A DNA stretch of 64,000 bases, from assembly GCA_951406725.2 (NCBI GenBank), contig OX597836.1:6014001-6078000 (forward strand). Direction: 5' to 3'. Positions 1-11,906 of this stretch are shown one piece after another. The notes beneath the pieces were generated by a model. The model saw nothing but the letters and a program-made list of their open reading frames with translations, was not told the DNA's origin and searched no databases. Both the position numbers and the translations under genes were made by a program. This DNA comes from Octopus vulgaris (Eukaryota). Each line of letters opens with the position of its first letter. The stretch's first letter is position 1.

Positions 1-480
1 TATATATACATGTGTATGTGTTTGTGCGTGTGTGTATGTGTGTATTATGTGTATGTGTGTGCCTGCGTTTGCATGTGCGTATATGCATGTGTGAGTGCGT
101 GTGTAAGTGTGTACGTATGTATGCGTGTATGTATATTTATATGAGTGTATGTGTGTGTATGTATGTGTGTGTATGCATGCGTACATGTGGGTGTATGTCT
201 GCGTGTGTAAGTATGTCTATGTGTGGGTGTATATGTGCGTGTGCGTGTGCATGTGTGCATATGCATGTGTACATGTAGGTGTGTGTCTCCGTGAGTAAAT
301 ATGTGTGTGTGCGTGTGTGTGTGTGCATGACCATTAGTTTGCGTTCAGTATGTAGAATACGTCTGCACATGTGTGTGTATATGCTTAATGCTAATCTGTA
401 TGTGTATGTGTGTGTATTATCATCTCTCTTTAAGTATGTACATGTGTTTCTATATGCGCCTGTATGTGTGTATGCTTCTG

Positions 481-556
<76 letters not shown>

Positions 557-722
557 GTGCGTGTGTGTGTGTTTGCGTGCGTGTGTGTGTGTTTGCGTGT
601 GTGTGTGTGTGTGTGTGTGTGTTTGCGTGCGTGTGTGTGTGTTTGCGTGCGAGTGTGTGTGTTTGCGTGCGTGTGTGTGTGTGTGTGTGTGTGCGTGTGC
701 GCACACGTGTGTGAGTGCGTGC

Positions 723-765
<43 letters not shown>

Positions 766-792
766 CGTGTGTGTTTGCGTGCGTGTGTTCGC

Positions 793-824
<32 letters not shown>

Positions 825-840
825 CTGCGTGCGAATGCGT
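1..840. repeat. (TG)n / (TGCG)-interrupted microsatellite
   Basis: Direct reading; the CV/HT-repeat ORFs are artefacts of it. Confidence 0.97.
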
Positions 841-1145
841 AAGTGCGTGGGTGTTGCTTTATAAATTTATTTGCTTATTTTATTTCGCTTTTGTTTGTTT
901 TTGCTTTTGAAGAATCGCGATGCACGTGATTTCGTGATTTTACCATAAGCAGCTCTCTGTAGTAGTAGCGTCTCTAGCACCGTGGCCACCACCTCTAACA
1001 TCATCACCGCCGCCGTCGCCGATATGAATTGCAATGAGAAAACCGCTAACGGTTCGACTAGCCTGCAAGAAACAGCAGCCAAATTGCCTTCAAACCACAA
1101 TTTTTATACATACGCCATACACACATCCATAAATATAAGTTTCAA

Positions 1146-2410
1146 TGTACGTATGTATGTATGTATGTATGTATGTATGTATGTATGTATGTACGTATGT
1201 ATGTATGTATGTATGTATTATGTATGTATGTATGTATGTGTGTATGTATGCGTGTGTGTGTGTTATGTATGTATGTATGTATGTATGTATGTATGTATGT
1301 ATTATGTATGTATGTGTGTATGTGTGTGTGTTGTATGTATGTATGTATGTATTATGTATGTATGTGTGTATGTATGTGTGTGTGTGTGTGCGTGTATGTG
1401 TGTATGTATGTATTATGTATGTATGTATGTATGTATGTATGTATTATGTATGTATGTATGTATGTATTATGTATGTATGTATGTATGTATGTATGTATGT
1501 ATTATGTATGTATGTATGTATGTATGTATGTATGTATGTATGTATGTATGTATTATGTATGTATGTATGTATGTATGTATGTATGTATTATGTATTATGT
1601 ATGTATGTATGTATGTATGTATGTATGTATGTATTATGTATGTATGTATGTATGTACGTATGTATGTATTATGTATTATGTATGTATGTATGTATGTATG
1701 TATGTATGTATTATGTATTATGTATGTATGTATGTATGTATGTATGTATGTATGTATGTATTATGTATGTATGTATGTATGTATGTATGTATTATGTATG
1801 TATGTATGTATGTATGTATGTATGTATGTATGTATGTATGTATTGTGTATGTATGTATGTATGTATGTATTATGTATGTATGTATGTATGTATGTATGTA
1901 TGTATGTATGTATGTATTATGTATGTATGTATGTATGTATGTATGTATGTATGTATGTATGTATGTATGTATGTATGTATGTATGTATGTATGTATGTAT
2001 GTATGTATGTATGTATGTATGTATGTATGTATGTATGTATGTATGTATGTATGTATGTATGTATGTATGTATGTATGTATGTATGTATGTATGTATGTAT
2101 GTATGTATGTATGTATGTATTATGTATGTATTATGTATGTATGTATGTATGTATGTATGTATGTATGTATGTATGTATGTAGTATGTATGTATGTATGTA
2201 TTATGTATGTATGTATGTATGCATGTGTATGTATGTATGTATGTATGTATGTATGTATGTATGTATGTATGTATGTATGTATGTATGTGTGTATGTATGT
2301 ATGTATGTATGTATCTATGTATGTATGTATGTATGTATCTATGTATGTATGTATGTATTATGTATGTATGTATGTATGTATGTATGTATGTATGTATGTA
2401 TGTATGCATG
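1146..2410. repeat. ~1.26 kb (TATG)n tetranucleotide array with TAT interruptions
   Basis: Direct reading; produces the MYVC ORFs. Confidence 0.98.
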
Positions 2411-2505
2411 CATAAACCAACAAAGAATTAAATAGTAGTTAGGCCTCCTAGAAATAGCAGCCGTCTCTCCCTCGTGCAGACCCTACTGTCTCATGCATGT
2501 ATGAT

Positions 2506-2800
2506 AGAATCTTTAGCACGCCAGGCGAAATGTTTAGCGGTGTTTCGTCTAACATTACGTTCTGAGTTCAAATTCCGCCGAGGTCGACTCTGCCTTTCAT
2601 CCTTTCGGGGTCGATAAATTAAGTACCAGTAACGCACTGGAGTCGATGTAATCGACTTAGCCCCTTTGTCTGTCCTTGTTTGTCCTCTCTGTGTTTAGCC
2701 CCTTGTGGGTAGTAAAGAAATAGAAATAGGTATTCGTCTGCCTCTTTGTCTGTCATTGTTTGTCCCCTGAATGTTTAGCCCCTTGTGGGCAATAAAGAAT
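2506..2800 (+). mobile_element. tRNA-derived SINE family A with duplicated 3' tail
   Basis: TTAGCACGCCAGGCGAAATG...GTTCTGAGTTCAAATTCCGCCGAGGTCGAC...CCTTTCATCCTTTCGGGGTCGATAAATTAAGTACCAG matches about 20 other copies in the window. Confidence 0.9.
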
Positions 2801-2967
2801 TAAATTAAAAAAAAATATATATATATATATACACATGAACTAACTAAGGATAAGCTGTTATACAACATGGTTATCAGCCATATTAGAAATAACAAACCGA
2901 TCACCCAAAAATCCAATATTACTGTCTTTTGTATGTCTATCTATCTGTCTTTCTTTTGCTCTCGATT

Positions 2968-3007
<40 letters not shown>

Positions 3008-3125
3008 TCTTTTATTCTCTCTGTATATATATATGCGCGCGCGTGTGTGTATGTATGTATGTAAGCTTCGCGCGGTAGTTACGCTTGCTAGAAATGATAG
3101 ACAAATTTCCCTCATACACCATTGT

Positions 3126-3366
3126 GGAGGCGCGTGGCTTAGTGGTTAGGGTTTCAGCACCATGATCGTAAGATTGTGGTTTCAATCCCTGGACCAGGTG
3201 AGGCGTTGTGCTCTGGAGCAAAACACTTAATTTCACGTTGCTCCAGAGTAACGCTGCGATGGACTGTGGGACACATGTGTAGCTGGGGAACACATGCACC
3301 ACAGAAACCGGGAAACCGGGCCCATGAGCCTGGCTAGGCTTTAAAAGGGCGCATTCATTTTTATTT
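3126..3366 (+). mobile_element. tRNA-derived SINE family B (internally deleted copy)
   Basis: A box TGGCTTAGTGG, B-box-like GTTTCAATCCC, CORE-like GAGCAAAACACTT; near-identical to 4902-5155. Confidence 0.88.
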
Positions 3367-3599
3367 TTATCACACACTGCTGTCTTAAGTATTGAAATAT
3401 GTATGTATGAGCTAATGTAGGCGAACTCTACATGGTAGCTACACTTGGTAAATGTAGGAGCGAATTCTCACTCAAATGTCTTGTGTCTTATGTATGAATG
3501 AACAAATGCTGGCGACATCTACACAGATCTACTCGTGAGAAATAACATCCAAAGCACCTTCAAGTTGCCCCCATAAGGTGTGTGTGTGTGTGTGTGTGT

Positions 3600-3846
3600 G
3601 TATTTGATTATTCTTGTCTTTGTATTTGTGTTTGTTTCGACGCACCAATTGACAACTGTTGCCGGTTTGTTTACGTCTATGAGAAAAATAGAACCAATAG
3701 TTTCTAGGACCAGGCTTTAGATAAAGAAGGACCAGACTTTAGATAAAGACAGAGTGCTTCAATCGATTTGTTCCGTTAAAACCCTTTCAAGGCGGTGCCC
3801 CAGCATGGCCGGCAGTCAAATGATTGCAACAAGTAAAGAGATAAAA
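3600..3846 (+). mobile_element. SINE family E, 3' half
   Basis: Tail GGCGGTGCCCCAGCATGGCCGGCAGTCAAATGATTGCAACAAGTAAAGAG shared with other E copies. Confidence 0.75.
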
Positions 3847-3876
3847 GCGAAGCAGATAAACATTAAAATCAACTCA

Positions 3877-4072
3877 GTTCTATATTTAAGAGATGAGGAA
3901 TTATGTACGTTATTCACATTATTTACATTCGACGAATATTTGTCCTCATCTTCTTTGTTCTTAACACAACGTTTCGGTTGATATACCCTCCAGCCTTCAT
4001 CAGGTGTCTTGGAAAAATTTCGAACCTGGATTCTCATTCCTAAGGTATTTTTCGATGTTGTTGCTGTTGTTG

Positions 4073-4141
<69 letters not shown>

Positions 4142-4220
4142 TCGCTGCCTAGAATCGAACTCTGAATCTTGGGGTTAGTAGCCCGTGCTCTTAACCACTA
4201 CGTCAAATGCTCGTGGGCAT
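3877..4220 (-). mobile_element. Family F: tRNA-headed element with (AAT)n spacer and hammerhead-like Penelope-type tail (full length, colinear)
   Basis: Minus strand: tRNA-like head (GACGTAGTGGTTAAGAGC...GAGTTCGATTCT), (AAT)n, CTGATGA...GAAACGTT core, terminus CCTCATCTCTTAAATATAGAAC; 4 copies in window. Confidence 0.85.
3963..4008 (-). ncRNA. Minimal type-I hammerhead ribozyme motif (family F)
   Basis: GACAC CTGATGA A GGCTGG AGGGTATA TCAACC GAAAC GTT GTGTT: stem I GACAC/GTGTT, stem II with one mismatch in this copy, palindromic AACGTT stem III. Confidence 0.7.
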
Positions 4221-4227
4221 ATATATA

Positions 4228-4290
<63 letters not shown>

Positions 4291-4682
4291 CCCACCTCTT
4301 TCTCTTTCTCTCTTTCTGTCTCTCTCATATACATATATGCATATAGCTGGATAGATAGATACACAGACAGACAGATAGACAGAGTGACCGATAGATAGAT
4401 AGACAGGTTTACAAGCAGACAGAAAGACAGATAGATGTAACGTATATTTATATTACGATAAACCCATGGACCCATATATGTATGTCTGTACGTATTGTTG
4501 AATGGATGGACGGACGGACGGACGGACGGAAATATATGCATGTACATTCAAATAAATCCTGAGCTTAATCTTGTTTAGAATAAGATTGTGGCTAGATCAC
4601 TTAGATTAAAAGGCTTAAGGGATTAGGATTCTGTGTCAACATGGTTCATAAAACGTCTTAATCTTTATAACACTCGATAAGA

Positions 4683-4860
4683 CGGCGAGCTGGCAGAATC
4701 ATTAGCTTGCCGCACAAAATGCATAACAGCATTTTGTCCATCTTCACGTTCTGAGTTCAGCTTCCGTGCGGGGGTTCGACCTTGCGCTTCATAGTTTCGG
4801 AGCACTGGGCTCTAAGTAATCGACTAACCTCTTTAATGAAATTGCGGCCATCGAACCACA
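4683..4860 (+). mobile_element. SINE family A, degenerate
   Basis: GGCGAGCTGGCAGAATCATTAGC head, GTTCTGAGTTCA B-box region. Confidence 0.8.
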
Positions 4861-4901
4861 ACTTGACGCTAATATTTGGAATACCATATAAGGCTACAAG
4901 T

Positions 4902-5155
4902 GGAGGCGCGTGGCTTAGTGGTTAGGGTGTCAGCACCATGATCGTAAGATTGTGGTTTCGATTCCTGGACCGGGCGACGCGTTGTGTTCTTGAGCAAAGT
5001 ACTTCATTTCACGTTGCTCCAGTCCACTCAGCTGGCAAAAATGAGTAACGCTGAGAAGGACTGGCGTCCCGTCCAGCTGGGGAACACATACGCCATAAAA
5101 ACCGGTAAAGTGGGCTCATGACCCTCACTAGGCTTTAAAAGGGCTCATTTATTTA
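4902..5155 (+). mobile_element. tRNA-derived SINE family B (full length)
   Basis: GGAGGCGCGTGGCTTAGTGGTTAGGG...GGTTTCGATTCCTGG; GGACTGGCGTCCCGTCCAG body; ATTT tail. Confidence 0.88.
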
Positions 5156-5167
5156 TCTTATTATATA

Positions 5168-5290
5168 AGGCAACAAGCCGGCAAGATCGTTAGCGCGGCA
5201 GGCAAGATGCCTGGCGGCATTTCATCCTGAGTTCAAATTCTGCCGGGCTCGACTTTAACTTTCAGCATTGTGGGTCGCTAAGATAAGTAG
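5168..5290 (+). mobile_element. SINE family A, highly degenerate
   Basis: CTGAGTTCAAATTCTGCCGGGCTCGACTTT. Confidence 0.65.
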
Positions 5291-5318
5291 CTGAGCACTC
5301 CACAGACACACTTAAAGT

Positions 5319-5440
5319 ACGAGGGGCTGCGAAAAAATTCCTGACTTCGGGGGTAGAAGAAGATACAGGGGGATAAGTTACTTATGATTTTACTCAACAT
5401 ATTCCCCTTCTGAGATTCACACACTTATTGCAGAGTTCTG
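5319..5440 (-). mobile_element. mariner-derived MITE family D, partial
   Basis: TACGAGGGG TIR start; TCTGAGATTCACACACTTATTGCAG shared with 8097-8321. Confidence 0.75.
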
Positions 5441-5811
5441 GGATCGAATGCAATCGACTTCGTATCCCGAAATGTGAAACCGATATTCATAACACGCATA
5501 CACATAAGAATATGATAAGAATTATACAATATTTCAAATGGAGAGATTTTGAATATCTCTCTGCGACAAGGTGTAGGCTTATTTCGTGAAATTCCTCCAC
5601 GTTTATACAAATACTCTGTATCTGATATTATAGCCCTGAGCTTGAGGTTCTGCATTGGCCTGCATATTTCTGCGATCATCTGACGGAATACACAAAATTT
5701 GGCGACTACTGTCTTCGACTCACGGTCGTAAGATAATAAGCTCGATTCCTTGAACAAGACGTTTTCATGTGTGTGCGTGTTTGTGTGTGTGTGTGTATCT
5801 GTGTGTGTGTG

Positions 5812-6180
5812 TGTGTCCTTGAGCAAGACACTTTATTTTTTATTGCTCCAGTTCACCCGCCTGGCAAAATTGATTTGTACTTGTATTTCAAAGGGCCAGC
5901 TTTGTCACATTCTGTGTCACGAGGAATCTTCCAAAGAGACCTAGGACGTGGGGCTGTATCGCAAAAGGTCTGGCTGGAGGCTTAACCTTACAGAGGTTAG
6001 AAAAAACTGAAGGACCGTTGCAATAAGTGTGTGAATCTAAGAGGGGACTGTGTTGAATAAAATTATAATTAACTGATCCTCCTATAACTTTTCAGCACCC
6101 CCTACGTATTTGACCCCCCTCGTTAATTTCACGAGCAGGCTTTTCCGTTGATCGTATCAACTTGAACACCCGTCGCTATT
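5812..6180 (+). mobile_element. SINE family C interrupted by a mariner MITE
   Basis: GTGTCCTTGAGCAAGACAC...AAAGGGCCAGCTTTGTCACATTCTGTGTCACG, resuming at CGTTAATTTCACGAGCAGGC; matches 23270-23590 reversed. Confidence 0.75.
5948..6108 (+). mobile_element. mariner-derived MITE family D
   Basis: Encodes LEKLKDRCNKCVNLRGDCVE* (mariner C-terminal RWxKCVxxxGxYVE motif); ends CTTTTCAGCACCCCCTACGTA. Confidence 0.8.
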
Positions 6181-6964
6181 CTTTTTCTTTTGTATTCATT
6201 ACTTCCTTTGTATACGACAAAAAAGGCCCCTGTTTTGCTCCTGTTTATAAATTAAATTTTTAATTAATTATTTATTCGTTTGTATATCTGTTTTGCAAGA
6301 TTCTTGATGAGAAATCGTGTTTTGAAATAGATATTGTTATATCTGGGGACGGTCACTTTACCAGTAAACAAATAATTCACTGTTTATTTGATCTTCACTT
6401 TACCTAAGACAAGACCAGACAGAAGAGGAGACAAGAACAGTTAGTCATTGAAGAGGTCACACACTGTGTAAAGAAAGGACTTTGTTAGGTAAAATAGAAA
6501 TAATAAAGCTAAAGTGAAAATCAAATAAATATTGCGTGCGTTTATCAGCAAAATAGCCGTACCCAAATATAGCAATAATAATTCTCCATCACTGTTTACT
6601 CGATTTTCCTGTGGTTCTACACTAGATAGTTTACAATACTCTTATCTTGTCTTTTTTGAAAATTCTTCTCTCGATTTTTACCGTTTTAGTTTACTCCTGG
6701 ATATTTCTATGGCCCATTTCTTTGATTTTGACGTATCTGTGTATTTTCGTATTTTTAGTTCTAATTCATTTGACTTCATAATAGTTTTAGCATATTTATC
6801 TTATCTCCAAATCTTTTACACGTTTTCATGTTATCACTGAAATCCTACATAATTTACACGAGGGAGCTTGAAAATAATGATCCAGTGACCACTGGTTTCA
6901 TTTCAGGCTTTATATTCCATACTGTATTGATTTCCATCTCCGCTGGACCGCTGAACTCTACAAG

Positions 6965-7130
6965 TTTCTTTTTTCATTCTCTCTCTGTTTATTTTCTCTT
7001 ATTTATTTCTGTTGAAGAACGTAGGCTCGAAACGTAAATGAATTTTTAATTTTCCCTGAGCGTCAAACAAATACACTTGCTTGTTGTTCATACACCTCTC
7101 TTCGTTTTTTTTTCTATAAATTTTAACTTT
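6965..7130 (+). mobile_element. Short Penelope-end-like element with hammerhead-like core
   Basis: CTGTTGA A GAAC GTAG GCTC GAAAC GTA; homologous to 33472-33667. Confidence 0.55.
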
Positions 7131-7159
7131 TTTATTCTTAGCTTTTTTTATAACTTTCC

Positions 7160-9055
7160 TGAAAGTTATTCCTTCAGAAGGGTTTGCAATGTCGATAAGT
7201 AAACACCACCACTCATAACACCCATGATAACGATGTCGGGTTTGTTGCTTTTCTTAACTCTCTGCCAGAGCATTTCAGATTTATTCTAACGAATGGTGGC
7301 ATCATTGTTGTCGACGACCACTTTTGGTTTATGTTCAAACTGTTTCTCATTTGTTTTTAATTCATAACCCCTGCGTATTTTGCAGCGTTGGCACACCGCT
7401 ATTCTGTTATGCCTGCAAATATATTCGGTCTTTGATAGTTCAAACATCTACAGACATTGTAGTCGATGTTTTCTTCATATTTTCCACAGATTATGCACTC
7501 TGGATCAATTCCCTCCTTGATGGTGTGGTGTTGATAGGTTTTTGGTTGCAAGAATCTGTCCTTATGCAACGATCGTTATACTATCTGTCTCTGCTTTCAG
7601 CATAGTACCCTTAAGACATTGGTGTATCTTCATTCGGTTCACATCTATCCCTTGCATCAGCTTGGGTATACTTTACCAGTGCCTTGCCTTGTCCTGCCTT
7701 GTTTTCAACATCTGAAGCTGTTGTATAGTGAAACTATATGCCCCTCCCGCTGAAAAAGTGGTAGGATCAAGCCATTATAAATAGACAAGTAGTTGATCGT
7801 CAAGACAGGGTCGAGAGTCGAAGAGTTAAGTGTCAACATTTCTAGTCAGTGTCTGGTGGAGCTATCAGCGATACTAAGACAGAAGTTGGTGTATATAACT
7901 GTATCCCATGACTAGTAACTATTGTAGCTACTAGTGTAAAAATAACAACTACAGTACAACAGTAGTAACACATCACACCAGTGGGAGGAACCCACTTTAC
8001 AACAGAAAATTGTTTGGTGTAAATGGTTTTCGCCTCGTTGTCTGTTGGTGTGATCTCTGAGATACAAAATTCTTTCTTAAAACACTGCTTCTTTCAAGAT
8101 GGGGTGTACTGAAAAGTTCCTGGATTTGATTATAAAAGAAAAATACAGGAGAATCAGTTAATCATGATTTTATTCAGCATATTCACCTCTCGGATTCACA
8201 AACTTATTGCAGCGTTCCTTCAGTTTTTCTAAACCCAGTAAAAGAACTCGGAAGATTGAGCCTTCAATAAAGCCTTTCGCGATACCCATAAAGCCGGAAC
8301 TGTTCAGCAACCCTGGGTGTATCTGATATTTTATGATGCATAGGAGTGGATTGTCGGTTTTTGTTCGGTTTGCGTCCAACCCAATATGATCCTTGACGGT
8401 CAGTTCGAGTTGAGCTAAGTGTCTTTTTTGTAGAGACCATGGTCAGTATAACCTGTCGACATCTGCTTTTGGTGGTGCATCTTCTCAATGGTCAGCTTCT
8501 GTTTTGTTTTAATGTCAGGTATCATGACTTCATTTTAGTTTGCAGATGATGATGTTGAAAATATACGGCACAATGGGTTTTGCTAGGGTGCTCATAGCTT
8601 TTAATTTGTTATCCGAATTCAAATCACGGTTTAGCCCTACGCCCACTCTCCAGCAGTGCTCTGTCTCCGTCTCTCTTTCTCTCTATCTCTATCTCTCTCC
8701 GGATCTTCTTCATAGCTGGGTGCTATATTCCGTCTCTTTTGTTTACCACTAGGTACCAGTATGGTTCGGCTTGACCTAGCTCCATCACAACGGTCTTAGT
8801 ATCAAGATTTACGTTCGCAATTAGGGTCAGTTTCCATTATCGAAAATAGCTTCATCATACTTATTATTTCCGAAATCCATACTGGTATCATCGCTAAAGC
8901 TGTTCATGTGAATATTGCCCTGTGCTCGTTACAGTCCTTGGCAAACCTCTTGATATTCTGTGAGTCACAGCCATGATTCGTGTTCTTCAGTAGGTTGCTA
9001 TTTATGGTGCATGCCCAACACCAAAGAGCAATGGTCATAGGAAGGTCTTTTATTA
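7160..9055 (-). pseudogene. Fossil R4/Dong-clade non-LTR retrotransposon (RT-thumb, CCHC knuckle, RLE endonuclease) with stops, frameshifts and insertions
   Basis: My minus-strand translation across frames: PLLF; FSDDTSMDFG; LNSDNKLKAMSTLAKPIVPYIFNII; MHH/KADVDRLY; LKAETDS; CIICGKYEENID; RHNRIA; HKPKVV; NKPDIVI; LLIDIANPSE. Confidence 0.85.
8097..8321 (-). mobile_element. mariner-derived MITE family D, complete (~225 bp), inserted in the R4 fossil
   Basis: TIRs CTGAAAAGTTCC / GGAACTGTTCAG; ORF 8170-8379 ends GLEKLKERCNKFVNPRGEYAE*. Confidence 0.85.
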
Positions 9056-9137
9056 AATATCGTATTTATATATTGATTAATCTCCGTATTAATTAAAAAA
9101 TCAACCTGACACAGATTCAGGATAGCTTTCCATATCT

Positions 9138-9305
9138 TCATGCCGGAAAAAATACTTAGCGGCACTTCGTTCACCTGTACGTTCGAGGTCGACTTTGCCT
9201 TGCAGCCTTTCGAGGGTCGATAAGATACGTACCAGTTACGCACTGGGGTCGATGTAATCGACTTAATCCTCTCCCCCAAGCTGTTCTTGTGGCAAAACTT
9301 TGAAA
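9138..9305 (+). mobile_element. SINE family A followed by (ATT)n to ~9423
   Basis: GAGGTCGACTTTGCC...GTACCAGTTACGCACTGGGGTCGATGTAATCGAC. Confidence 0.85.
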
Positions 9306-9314
9306 TCATCATCA

Positions 9315-9423
<109 letters not shown>

Positions 9424-9519
9424 GTCAATGACTTATTGTTAGTTTCCTTGCATTCATAGGAACAAAAATATATTCTAAGATTTATGACGTGCAGCTATAA
9501 TTTTAGACTGAACAGTGAA

Positions 9520-9542
9520 CACATATATATATATATATATAC

Positions 9543-9592
<50 letters not shown>

Positions 9593-9689
9593 GTATATAT
9601 ATGTATGTATGTATATATATGTATGTATGTATATATATATGTATGTATGTATATATATGTATGTATGTATATATATATGTATGTATGTA

Positions 9690-9725
<36 letters not shown>

Positions 9726-9775
9726 TGTATGCATGTATGTATGTATGTATGTATGTATGTATGTATGTGTGTATA

Positions 9776-9826
<51 letters not shown>
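9520..9826. repeat. (TA)n/(TATG)n compound microsatellite
   Basis: Direct reading. Confidence 0.95.
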
Positions 9827-9827
<1 letters not shown>

Positions 9828-9891
9828 ATGTAGGATAAAAAAATTCTTAGCAATGGCCAGCATATTAAAAAATACCTTTAAAGGTTAAAAT

Positions 9892-10226
9892 TATAAACAA
9901 CTTATAAATAAGGGCAAACACGAAAAAAATTCTAATGCCAAATATGCCGAAATTGGAACTATTGTTCCATAACCATATAATTTTTCACAATACGCACGCT
10001 ACTCGAAAAAAGGTCATTTATCACTGACGAAGGGAGGGGTCTTACGAACTAACCCTGAAATTGGTCCGATATGGTAATAATGGAATTTTTAAGAAATTTC
10101 TGACGACCTTTTTTCGAGTACCGTGCGTATTGTGAAAAAATTATATGGTTATGGACAATAGCTCCAATTTCGGCATATTTGGCATTAGAAATTTTTTCGT
10201 TTGCCCTTATTTATAAGTTGTTTATA
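9892..10226. mobile_element. Fold-back element: ~123-bp inverted repeat with hammerhead-like motif in the loop
   Basis: Arms 9892-10015 and 10105-10226 are reverse complements with few mismatches; loop TATCA CTGACGA AGGG..CCCT GAAA TTG GTC CGATA; (TA)n on both sides. Confidence 0.8.
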
Positions 10227-10245
10227 TATATATATATATATATAT

Positions 10246-10414
10246 TATCTTTTATCATTTACTTGTTTCAATCATCAGTCTGCGGCCATGCTGGGGCACC
10301 GCATTGAACCAGTGGTTTTAGTCAAATGAATCGAACCCAGTACTATATTGTACATTTTTTTTTTGCCTGGTACTTATTCTATCGGTTCTCTTTACCGAGC
10401 CGCTAAGTTACGGT
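10246..10414 (-). mobile_element. SINE family E, 3' part
   Basis: TTTACTTGTTTC...GCGGCCATGCTGGGGCACCGC...GTACTTATTCTATCGG...CCGCTAAGTTACGG. Confidence 0.8.
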
Positions 10415-10429
10415 GATATATATATATAT

Positions 10430-10512
10430 ATACATATATATACACACACACATATACACAAGCACTCATACATTCAAACGTACTCTCATACGTACATTCA
10501 GCCATACATATA

Positions 10513-10546
<34 letters not shown>

Positions 10547-11475
10547 CATACATACATACATACATACATACATACATACATACACACATACATACATACA
10601 TACATACACACATACATACATACATACATACATACACACATACATACATACATACATACACACATACATACATACATACATACATACACACATACATACA
10701 TACATACATACATACATACATACATACATACATACATACATACATACACACATACATACATACATACATACACACATACATACATACATACATAAATACA
10801 TACATACATACATACATACATACATACATACATACATACATACATACATACATACATACATACATACATACATACATACATACATACATACATACATACA
10901 CACATACATACATACATACATACATACATACATACATACATACATACATACATACATACATACATACATACATACATACATACATACATACATACATACA
11001 TACATACATACATACATACATACATACATACATACATACATACATACATACATACATACATACATACATACATACATACATACATACATACATACATACA
11101 TACATACATACATACATACATACATACATACATACATACATACATACATACATACATACATACATACATACATACATACATACATACATACATACATACA
11201 TACATACATACATACATACACATACATACATATACATACATACATACACACATACATACATACATACATACATACATACATACATACATACATACACATA
11301 CATACATACATACATACATACATACATACATACATACATACATACATACATACATACATACATACATACATACATACATACATACATACATACATACATA
11401 CATACATACATACATACATACATACATACATACATACATACATACATACATACATACATACATACATGCATATAT
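10430..11475. repeat. ~1 kb (CATA)n array
   Basis: Direct reading. Confidence 0.98.
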
Positions 11476-11906
11476 ACATAAATATATAATATATATTATA
11501 AAGTCTGGATTTGCAAAGTGATCCCTTTTCGAAGCGACAGGGTTTTCACCGATGTGTATTCAGTTAACAGAATACTCCTCTAGCCAAGGTTCCCATATGG
11601 AAGGCTAACGAGGTACTGGCCTCAATCATGATATTCCTCTCAATTTATAAATATAGGACTTGGGCTTGTGTTTGTGTTGCTCTCTCAGAGTAATGTCTGC
11701 TGTATAAATATGAATTGTGAGTTGTGTCATATTCTGTGCGAAGCTTGCTTCTCGTATGCAATGCAGTAATTACCTCAAGTGTTCTAGTGCCGGGCGGTGA
11801 TTTTCTTGTAGTGAGTTCATCAGACTGCGTTACACATACGAACAAACACACACACACACACACACATACACATAGTATTATCATTATTGTTATTATTATT
11901 ATCATT

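Noticed and set aside
982-2435. 477/424/345-aa ORFs
   Set aside because: Translation of (TATG)n; no stops possible in the repeat and no domain
5640-5720. Tc1 transposase motif (LEVLHWPAY)
   Set aside because: Only a short resemblance to WPxxSPDL; following residues do not fit
10392-11489. 320-360-aa ORFs on both strands
   Set aside because: (CATA)n artefact
11790-11830. Minus-strand CTGATGA...GAAA
   Set aside because: No stem II or cleavage-site pairing; may be chance
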